Assembly: GCA_030264375.1 (NCBI GenBank)
Contig: JASCQW010000061.1
Span: 121,994,143 to 122,055,282 of the forward strand
Source: Carcharhinus longimanus
Taxonomy: Eukaryota
Length of the DNA: 61,140 nucleotides
Reading direction: 5' to 3'
Each line of letters begins with the position of its first letter. Within the stretch, counting starts at the first letter, position 1. The notes beneath the pieces were generated by a model. That model was not told the DNA's origin. It did not search any database and was given only the letters and a program-made list of their open reading frames with translations. The position numbers and the translations under genes are program-made. Shown piece by piece: positions 51,110-61,140 of this stretch.

Positions 51110-51870
51110 TTGAGATGAAAACTTAAACCACTGGCCTGACTGGTCCCTCAGGTGAACATAAAGCTCTCGTGGGATTATTCAAAGAGGAGTTTTGGGGTTG
51201 TCCATGCTGGGATTCATTTAGCGCGAGGGGTCAGTGCCTGTGTCCCAGCTATTTGCAATCTAATAACAATGATTTTGATGTTGGGGCCCAATGTAAATTT
51301 CCAAGTACGCTGATGACACAAAACTAGGTGGGAATGGGAATTGTGAGGAGAATGAATAGATGCTTCAAGGAGATATGGACAGCTTAGGTGGGTGGGCAAG
51401 ATCACGTGGGGAAAAAAAAGGGAAGTTATCTATTTTGGTTTGAAAAGGGAGCATTGTGCAGTATATTTTATATAATGAGAGACTGGGAAGTGTTAATGTC
51501 CAAAGAGAACCTTGTTCATAAATCATTGAAAGGCAATCTGCGGGTGCAGCAAGCAATTGGGAAAGCAAATGCGATCTTAGCCTTCATAGCAAGAGGATTT
51601 GAATACAGGAGAAAAGAAGTCTATATACAATTGTATAACACGTTGGTGAGACCACAATTGGAGCGTTGTGGTCCTCTTGGTTAAGAAAAGGTATTGACCA
51701 ATATTTATTTCTGAACCAACTTCATGAAAATATATTTGCTGGTCATTTATCTCATTACTTCTGATTGAACCTTGCATCCACATAGTTGTCATTTTTCGCC
51801 GACTTTTGCAAGTTATTTCGGAAGTAGTTCATTGATTGCAAATTCTTCGGGCTATTATTCTTCTGATGTC
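51110..51870 (+). mobile_element. Deu-domain SINE split by an inverted copy (51201-51693) of the CR1 segment at 48940-49434
   Basis: cttaaaccactggcc..ccctcaggtgaacataaag..gttgtcc before the insert and tgaccaatatttat..ctggtcatttatctcatt after it are adjacent in the recalled SacSINE1-like consensus. Confidence 0.7.
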
Positions 51871-51948
51871 TGGGTTCTGCCTAGCTTGAAATTGAGTGAT
51901 CCCACCCAGTGGAGAGCAGTTTTGCACGCTTGGATGCATGCATGTCGT

Positions 51949-52274
51949 TCATAGAATCCCAGCAATGAAGAGGGAGGCCATTCAGCCCATCAAATCTGCA
52001 CCAACTCTCTGACAGAACATCTTACCCTTCTGATCCCACTCACTGACAAATCTTGGGCCACTGAGGGGCAATTCGGCATGGCCAATTCACCTAACCTGCA
52101 CATCTTTGGTCTGTGGAAGGAAACCAGAGCACCCAGTGGAAACCCAGGCAGAAACAGGGAGAACATGCAAACTCCACACAGACAGTGTGGAGTCTGTGAT
52201 CACCAAGGCTGGAATTGAACCCAGTCTGTGGTGCTGTGAGGCAGCAGTGCTCACCACTGTGCCACCACGCTGCC
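51949..52274 (-). mobile_element. HE1/V-SINE
   Basis: V-domain and tRNA head in reverse; tail tcatagaatcc..ggaggccattcagcccatc. Confidence 0.85.
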
Positions 52275-53179
52275 TAGTGTGCCAACTTGCTGCCCCATAC
52301 CAGACAGAAATCCATGGCTGGGTTCAAACCCCACTGTGGTCATCTCAGAAGCTGCAATGGGATTAAGTCTCGACGGAGTATTTAATCTATCTGCTGATAA
52401 GGCCTTTCGTGGGCTGTTGTCAGCGAAAGTCCTGCTTCCAACAGCTGCTGGCCCATCAAACTTATTTGATCTCAACTGAAATGTTCAGAGACAGAGTTGA
52501 TATCCTCTCCTTGTTTTTATCATTTAAATTCCAAAACATTGTCACTTTGCTTTGGCCCAGATTCACAATGAGGCCTGAATAAAACTTTCCACAGGTTCTA
52601 TAATGAGCTGCTTTGTAATATCCTTTTGAAACATTCTCAATATAATAGAGTATTGCTCCTTCTAAAATTGGATTGAAGTAGAAGGTTTTCATGGACCGTT
52701 TTGGTTAGTTATTATGTTATGCTTCACACCAAGAGACAGTTGAAATTAGCAGGTAGGGATGCTGAAATTAATACACTAGTTCACAATACATTGGACCCGA
52801 TTTCAATGTAGAAATAATGACAAAGCAAAGAAACGCGTGGAGCGGTGCAAATTTACACTAGTTATATGACGTATATTGATTAAACTCACAAGAAAAAAAA
52901 CAGGGCTTGTTCATTCAAGTTCAAACACGTTCTTAACTTTGTGAAATGTCTTGTTCACTATCAAACAACTCCTCTGTCTCTCGACAATTCTGTGATTTAA
53001 CATTAATTTTATGGGGCAGATGGAGGATATTCAGCCCATTATATCTGCACCAGTTCTCCCAACGGCCATTGTGATTTAGTGCCATTCTCCTATTTCCCCC
53101 CCTTGACCTCGCACCTTACATTTATTAAAGTAATCATCAAATACATTCCTGAATGCCTCCACTGAATCTGCCTGTGTGC

Positions 53180-53279
53180 AGGATACTGTGTGCAGTTTTG
53201 GCCGCCGCACTTACGCAAGGATATTTTGGCCTTGGAGGGAGTGCAGAGGAGGTTTACTCGGCTGATACCGGAGTTGAGG
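53180..53279 (+). mobile_element. Young CR1 fragment left of gap
   Basis: YCVQFWPPHLRKDILALEGVQRRFTRLIPELR. Confidence 0.85.
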
Positions 53280-53379
53280 NNNNNNNNNNNNNNNNNNNNN
53301 NNNNNNNNNNNNNNNNNNNNNNNNNNNNNNNNNNNNNNNNNNNNNNNNNNNNNNNNNNNNNNNNNNNNNNNNNNNNNNN

Positions 53380-53938
53380 TAAATGGTAAATAGCTGAGGC
53401 CCCAGCACCGATCCCTGGGGCACTCCACTAGTCACCAACCGCCAATCCGAATAGCATCCATTGATACCAACTCTCTGCCCCCTATTAGACAACCAATCCT
53501 CTATCCACGCTAACACCTTACCCCCAACTCCGTGCACCCTAACCTTCTGTAACAACCTCTTGTGCGGCACCTTGATTGAAAACCATCCACTTGTCTGCAT
53601 GAGTGCAGCTCAAGATTCAGGAAGCTCACCACCACTCAGGATAACTCTGCTTGTTGACAGGTACATCACCCAGCACCGTCAACATTCATTCCATCCACCA
53701 CAGAGGTACAGAGCTAGCAGTGTGTACCATCTACAAGATGCAGTGTTAGAATTCCCAATCGCCTTCTGAAAATCGAGAAACACCACATCCACCGGTTCCC
53801 CTCCGTCTACCGCACAAGTCACATCCTCATAGAATTCCAATAAATTTGTCAGACACGACTTCCCCTTAACGAATCCGTGCTACGTCTGCTCTGTCAAACA
53901 ATTCTTCTCTCGGTGCCTCGCTATTTCTTCTTTGATTG
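53380..53938 (-). mobile_element. Young CR1 RT segment right of gap, interrupted at ~53575-53757
   Basis: [40 protein letters not shown] then KVPHKRLLQKVRVHG...SGVPQGSVLGPQLFTI. Confidence 0.88.
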
Positions 53939-54815
53939 TGCTTTTTTTTCAGCAGAAGTTTAAAAATGAATCACCCACATTCTGTGCACTGCAGAGTGCA
54001 CCAGCGTGAGTCACACTGAAAATCAATGGGTGGGGCCTATTCCTACTGGAGAGACCGGCAGCGTAGCAATAACCGGGCGACTGCACGCGCACCGACCTGT
54101 CAGCGCCGAGATTGGTGTACGTGCAGTGGCCCCACACTGCAGGCCTCCCGATCACTGACCAGCTAAACCGCTGGCCAGCTCCACCACTCCAGGACACCCC
54201 CGATCACTTCGTCTCTGATCCCCTCACCGCCTGGTCACTTCTTCCCCCCAACCCCACAAACATGCCCAGGCCAGCCTCGACCCCCTCTCCCCCTCAACCC
54301 GCCTAGATCTCCCACCCATCCCTCCCGACAGCTCCAGTCTCCCAATTTCCACACCCCTTCCCCACCGGCAACCCTGATCCCATCAACCCCCACCCCACAG
54401 TCCCGACCCCTTGGCACTACCCTGTCATCGATGGGCACCTGATCCCATAGGGAGGCCTCGATTGCCTCCTTTCTCTCCAGCTGGTTTGGGCCAGCTGTTC
54501 ATACAGGTCTTAGATAGAGGGTGTTGCATCACTTTGATCCTCAAATTAATGATCATCCCAACATCTTTTACCTAAAAGAGGCCAGTGTAAAAACCTACAG
54601 AAAGTATTTGGGCAATGTAATGAATAGCTCGGGTAATTCAATTGTCTCTCAGAACAAAATGTGACCCGTTAACTTTTGTGTTATATTGTTACCAAAGTTC
54701 TGACGGTCCCTGTGGTGAATTGCATTGCTTTGTCACACTGCACAGACTATATTTAACTGTGTTTGGTATTCCGATTCTCGAATCAGTCAACCAACTTTTT
54801 TTATTTTGATACTAG

Positions 54816-55010
54816 TGATGACTTGCCCCAGCATCAGTTCTTTCACTTTGGAGCATGGGAGTTGGCGAGTGGTGAATGGTTCACATTATGAATTTCGAAC
54901 AAAAGTTGTCTTCACCTGTGACCCTGGCTACTATCGACTTGGACCGACTACCATCAACTGTTCAGCGAATGGAACCTGGAGCTGGGGGAGAGAAAGACCG
55001 CGCTGTCAAA
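54816..55010 (+). CDS. CSMD3: CSMD3 coding exon (Sushi/CCP domain), 195 bp
   Basis: Acceptor ttttgatactag, donor gtaatt. (V)MTCPSISSFTLEHGSWRVVNGSHYEFRTKVVFTCDPGYYRLGPTTINCSANGTWSWGRERPRCQ; the LEHG.WR.VNGSHYE stretch fits CSMD3 better than CSMD1/2 as I recall them. Confidence 0.93.
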
Positions 55011-55641
55011 GTAATTACAATGATTGTTTCAAATCATTTTCTTTTTGAAACCTATCATCAAAATTTCTCTGATATACCTTATAATGCAATCCAAACAGTT
55101 ATTCAAATCCTCAAATTAATGAAAATGTTTAATCTATTCGGAGTTAACTTTCTCATTGATTATTTGAGTTGCATTATCTTTTAAACTGGTATTTTCATAC
55201 TTATTAATTAAATATAAGCGTTTACAATTGAAAAATTTTAACTTCTCCCTTTCCTGTCAGTGTTCTTGTAAAATGCCAGCTAAATAAATGGCCAATAGAA
55301 AGTAATGGGAGAGGTGATGGGTTACTTGGCCTTCAGTTCCTTTGTCCTCTTTTGAGACCATTGAGGGTATTTTCCCATCCCACACGACACGGGTACCATA
55401 GGGGGTGGGTGGGTGGGGGTCGTGCAAAGGTCCATTGACTTTGAGCGAGATTTTCCGGTTTGGAGGCGAGCGCAGGCGGAAATCCTGCCCAGTACCCTCC
55501 TCTGAAGCCAGGACCTTGATTTAGAAATTATACAGCAAATCGTAGGCACAATTTTGTGGCCTGCTACTTCATGACACATGTTGGAATGAATGACCTGTCC
55601 CCAAGTTCAGTGTGTCATTTTGTAAGTGACTTGGAACATAA

Positions 55642-56016
<375 letters not shown>

Positions 56017-56419
56017 TAAATGTGTGACGTGATTGTCCCCTCCCACCATCAGTGACCGGGTCTGTTTCCCGACGTTCAACATAATTTGAACACATTTACA
56101 TTTTAATTATTAGACCCCATATGCCTGAACGATCCCCCCATCCCATCCGCCACCCCATCAGAAAATCCATCTACGTAGGCATGACGGCAGAATGGCGTGA
56201 ATCACGACTGCTATCCCCAGGCCCGCACTCGGCGAGCAGGCTTTCCAGGGGAGCTCAGGTGAGTGCAGCACTTGAGGAGCAGCAGGGCAGTGCCAGGGGA
56301 CAGTGCCCAAGCATTGTTGGGAGGATGCGGATAATCCAGGATGAACAGATGTGATTTCCCGGCTGTCGGATAGTCTTTATACTTACGTCATTGTTTTGTA
56401 GCACAGAACTTAAGTGTTG

Positions 56420-56812
56420 ATGAAAAAAAGCAAGATGTTTTGTCAAAGCTTCTTGTCTTGCACACATCAGGACATTGGAAAGAATACAGTGCAAAAAAAT
56501 CAACAAAATCGTGCGGCCAGTGCCTGTTTTAGCAAAACAAAATACAAGACAGCCATTCGTTGGTCATTCCTCAGGGCAATGATTTGACCAATCGGAGTCA
56601 AGCTGCCAGATTTAAATTTAACACAACGCTTGACAGTTAACTGTCTGTCACCATCATTCTCCATGGCAATGCCTCCACCAATCAGATTCCACGTGCCAAT
56701 AAACCAACAGCCCCTTCTCAGACAGTGTATATTTTTTGATTTCCTTTGCATTGCTTTTGTGTCAATGTCTTGACGTGCACAAGAGTAAAAGTCTTTACTG
56801 AAATATTTTTCA
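56420..56812. mobile_element. Fold-back element (family C) with hammerhead-like termini
   Basis: Left arm reverse complement caatgtcctgatgtgtgcaagacaagaagctttgac aligns with right arm caatgtcttgacgtgcacaagagtaaaagtctttac. Confidence 0.55.
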
Positions 56813-56964
56813 GCAAGTTATATATTAGAGATATATTATGTATATTTATGTAGAGAGAGAGAGAATAATTTTGTCCGCAGCATGAACAGATCATTCAGTT
56901 TAGAGTTGAAACTTGTAAACTTAAAATTTAACTCTAATTAAAATTAAAATGCTCAGTTATGAAT

Positions 56965-57170
56965 GTTGGGTGGGATTCTCCGGTCTCCCACGTGTTTCTC
57001 AGTGGCAAGAGGCAGTGTGTTGTTAGCTGGTGGTGGGATTCCCTGGTTCCGGCCCTGTCAATGGGATTTCCTATTGAAACCACCGCATCCCGTCAGAAAC
57101 TTGTGGGCAAGTGTGCACTGCTGGCGGGACCAGAGAATCCCACAGGCATGAACAACCAGAGAATTCTGGA
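56965..57170. mobile_element. MITE-like ~200-bp element
   Basis: gtgggattccctggttcc / ggaccagagaatcccac internal inverted repeat; related to 11000-11220. Confidence 0.6.
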
Positions 57171-57223
57171 CATTGGCTGTAATTCTGATCGGTTTTGAAT
57201 TAAGCATGTCTTTATTTTCTTAA

Positions 57224-57430
<207 letters not shown>

Positions 57431-57751
57431 TGAGCATTTCTTTTACGAGTCTTTTTTTAAGACTCCAATAAAAAAAAGCTTTGTAAATATAGATATTAAT
57501 TATACACTGAAGTTCACGTCCACGCATCAAAAATCTCCATGAATGCCAAAGATTGACACGACACCTGAGGTAGCCTGCATAGCCAAATATGGAGGGAAAT
57601 GCAAAGTGTATTGAATTATATGCAAAAGCTGTCTGCTGTGCCCATGTATTCCAGGCAACTGTATTTGCATAGATTATGTCGTGCACAAAGAAGCCATTCA
57701 AGCTAACTAGTCCATGTCAGCACTTATACTCAAACCTCCTCTCATACTTAC

Positions 57752-57875
57752 AAAACCAAAATAATGCAGGAGCTGGAAATTTGAAAGGAAAAGTGCTCTA
57801 AGTTCTCAGTCGGTCAGGCAGCATCATTGGAGAAAAATAGTTAGAAGTTCCAGGTCGATGACCTTTCTCCTGAGT
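57752..57875. mobile_element. Single decayed arm of a family-B fold-back element
   Basis: aatgcaggagctggaaatttgaa..ctcagtcggtcaggcagcatc..gatgacc parallels 26650-26757. Confidence 0.5.
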
Positions 57876-58460
57876 TTCCAACTATATTTCTTTGTGGCCA
57901 TCTAATTTTGGTGGCCTCTGGTGTCCTTGGTCTTGCATGTTGAAAGATGAATGAATTTGCATGATCCAAACCTTTGATCATTTGAAACACCTTTGTTAAG
58001 TCACCCCCAATCAGCCTTCTGTTTGCGAAATAAAAAAAGACTACAGTTTGAGTATCCTTTATCCAAAACCCTTTGGAGCCAATCATATTTTGGATTTTAG
58101 ATAATTTCACTTTTCGTGTAACATAAAAAGCCTCAGGCCAAATGGCCAAATCCTGGGCTTGCTATAGTGTAAAGTAAAAAAATAATGGTTAGAGAAGTAA
58201 GATGGACCATTGATTAATAATCACAGAATATCTGTAGCAAGTTGGCACCTTTGGCTCTGCTTCCAATTCCGTTGCGGGAGAGGGTTCGCAACGCAAACAG
58301 TGCAGAGAAATAACTAGGCTTTCCATGCTGAAAGTCGGGTGCTGTTGGTGAAGTATGTGACAGCTTGGGTCACAGACTTCTTGCACGATAGTTGATGAGG
58401 TTAAAAACAAGTACAGATTTTCAATGAATTCGGTTTTCAGATTTATGGCTGAAGGATAAT

Positions 58461-59187
58461 TCTGGGAATACAGATACATAATCCAGGAATACAGATGCAT
58501 AATTCCCTAAAAGTGGCATCACAAGTAGATAGGGTTGTAAAGAGCGCTTTTGGTACATTGGCCTTTATAAATCAAAGTATTGAGTATAAGAGTTGGAATG
58601 TTATGGTGAAGTTGTATAAGACATTGGTGAGGCCAAATTTAGAGTATTGTGTGCAGTTTTGGTCACCTAATTACAGGAAGGATATTAATAAGGTTGAAAG
58701 AGTGCAGAGAAGGTTTACAAGGATGTTGCCGCGACTTGAGAAACTGAGTTACAGAGAAAGATTGAATAGATTAGGACATTATTCCCTGGAGCGTAGAAGA
58801 ATGAGGGGAGATTTGATAGTGTATAAAATTATGATGGGTATAGATAGAATGCAAGCAGGCTTTTTTCCATTGAGGCTAGGGGAGATAAAACTAGAGGACA
58901 TGGATTAAGGGTGAAGGGGGAAAAGTTTAAAGGGAATATTAGGGGAGCCTTCTTCACATAGAGAGTGGTGGGAGTGTGGAATGAACTGCCAGCTGAAGTG
59001 GTAAATACAGGCTCACTTTTAACATTTAAGAGAAACTTAGACAGGTACATGGATGAGAGGGGTGTGGAGGGGTAAGGTCCAGGTGCAGGTCAGTGGCTCT
59101 AGGCAGAAAAATGGTTTGGCACAGCCAAGAAAGGCCAAAAGGCCTGTTTCTGTGCTGTAATGTTCTATGGTTCTGTGGTTCTATGGT
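58461..59187 (+). mobile_element. Relatively young CR1 3' fragment
   Basis: 137-codon open ORF2 C-terminus (LYKTLVRPNLEYCVQFWSPNYRKD...); (GTTCTATG)n-like tail; ~22-bp tandem duplication at its 5' end. Confidence 0.92.
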
Positions 59188-59565
59188 TTTCTTGGTGATA
59201 ATGCAGTATGGTTATAGGTCAATCCAAGCACCAGAAGCACACCTTCAGTGTCGCAATGATGTACACAATGGTTGCTTTCATAGATAAACTGTTCTTCTAT
59301 ATTTGTGGCAACTACTCTCCTGGGAATGTGTGATGATATCACATTGCTGTAGGGGCAATGCTTCCAGGATCCACCCAGAGATCTATCTTTCTGTCTCAAA
59401 GGGTACAACAGAGCTCTGTAAACTAAAAGAACCATGGGAATTCCAGAGTATTTAAGATTCACTTGCATTGTGGTTTACTGCTGGCCCTGGGACTATTGGA
59501 ATCCTAAATTTCTGTAAAATTGCTCTACTCTGTTGTGTTACTACTAATCATTCATGAANNNNNNN

Positions 59566-59873
59566 TTTTCCACTGAGGCTAGGGGAGAAAAAAACCAGAG
59601 GGCATGGGTTAAGGGTGAAGGGGGAAAAGTTTAAAGGGAATACGAGGGGAGGCTTCTTCACACAGAGAGTGGTGGGAGTGTGGAATGAGCTGCCAGATGA
59701 AATGGTAAATGCGGGCTCACTTTTAATATTTAAGAACAACTTGAACAGAGACATGAATGAGAGGGGTATGGAGGGATGTGGTCCAAGTGCAGGTCAATGG
59801 GACTGGGCAGAAAAATGGTTCAGCACAGCCAAGAAGGGCCAAAAGGCCTGTTTCTGAGCTGTAATGTTCTATG
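59566..59873 (+). mobile_element. Second copy of the same CR1 subfamily 3' end, beginning at a small gap
   Basis: Colinear with 58862-59170 with scattered substitutions. Confidence 0.9.
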
Positions 59874-61030
59874 ATGCTCAGGCTGTAGCTTGTTTATATT
59901 TTCTTGATAGCTATAACCTTACATTGCTGATATCCTTGTAAACCGCCTTGCGCCGACTGCAATACTTCAGTATCTTTTTTACAATAAGATGACCAGAACT
60001 GTACGCAGAATTCTTGCATGGTCTAATGCCCAATCCAGGTTTCAGAAGAACTGTACTTACATTTATTTTCCTGTTGGAAGTAAACCCAAGCGGGGTGGAA
60101 GAAGATTTGATCCCGGGATTTTAGAAGGATTTGTCAGGAAAACTCAAACTGAACACCACATCACAATCTAATGGAGTTGCTAATTTATCTGCTCTACGGT
60201 TTTACTGAGCTGCGTCACAATTTTTAGTGATTTTTATATTTGTGCTCCTGAATCCCTTTTGGTGTCTATCCCATTGAAATTATTATTCTCCAAGTGATGT
60301 GTGACTTTCTTAATTTTTCCATCAAAATGTAACACCTCACACTTGTTTGCCCTGAAAGTTATTTGTCCATTCTGCACCAATTATTTTCATGCCAACTTGT
60401 AGTTAGTTGCCATCTTCATCATTATTGACGATGACCCCAATTCCATAACATCCTCAAACTTGGAAATTGTGTTTTTGATTCCAAAGCCAAAACCATTAGT
60501 AGAAATTGTTAACCATAATAATCCCAGAATTGGGCCTTGTGGAACAATACTTTCTACCGATTGACAATCTGAATAATTATTCCTTCACCCTCTTTTCTTT
60601 CTCTCTTGCGAACTGCACATTTTGTTGCTTCTCTCTGCCTCTGCATTCCATGACCTTATTTTTGGATATCGAGTTATACTGCATCCATTACAATGCCCAT
60701 GCATACTCTCTCCAAAGTAGTTAATGCAATTCGTCAGACAAGGTATTTCCTGATGGTTAATTATTGGATAGAGTTTAATTCCCCCTTCCCTGTCCCAAGC
60801 TGAATTCCGTCAGTACGAGTTGTTTGAATGGATGGAAATGGACCCTGCCATTTTCCAGACTCCCCACGATCAAGCTCAGAGCAGTCAGGATGGAGGTGAG
60901 TTGAGGACCTTAACGAGTGACTTGTGGGCCTCATCCACTCACCCTCCAGGAAGGCTGTTCAGCAAACATTGTAGAGCCTAAGGAGTGAGATCATTCTCAT
61001 TATGTGCTTGATCGAGGAACACAGTATGGC

Positions 61031-61140
61031 ACCCACCACCCCCCCGCCCACCACGCCCCCGACCCCCCCCGCCCACCACGCCCCCGACCCCCCCCTGCCC
61101 ACCACGCCCCCGACCCCCCCCCGCCCACCACGCCCCCGAC
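61031..61140. repeat. C-rich minisatellite, ~25-26-bp unit, runs off the window end
   Basis: GCCCACCACGCCCCCGA followed by a C-run, units starting at 61046, 61071, 61097 and 61123. Confidence 0.95.

Noticed and set aside
58862-59873. Apparent tandem duplication of ~310 bp
   Set aside because: Similarity is confined to the CR1 3' end and the flanks differ; two insertions of one subfamily explain it.

Overview
Vertebrate genomic DNA, almost certainly from a cartilaginous fish (shark-type HE1/V-SINEs, Deu-domain SINEs, CR1 LINEs), in a fragmented assembly with many ~100-N gaps. The window is an internal part of one large + strand gene, most likely CSMD3 (CUB and Sushi multiple domains 3). I can reconstruct 11 consecutive coding exons with GT-AG boundaries that splice into one continuous frame (1773 nt, ~591 codons): CUB - Sushi - last CUB - five tandem Sushi domains. 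Neither the start nor the stop codon is in the window. The rest is intronic and mostly transposon debris: CR1, L2-like and RTE LINEs, tRNA-derived SINEs, a dead PIF/Harbinger transposase and MITE-like elements. Most ORFs in the supplied track are spurious or LINE remnants. I cannot demonstrate a new biological system. The most notable patterns are (1) at least three families of short fold-back elements whose arms carry degenerate minimal hammerhead-ribozyme cores (Penelope-like), (2) a local ~490-bp inverted duplication bracketing one in-frame exon, and (3) a non-TE direct repeat bracketing another exon. Exon coordinates were counted to the base. Repeat boundaries are approximate, and family names come from recalled consensus sequences, not a database search.
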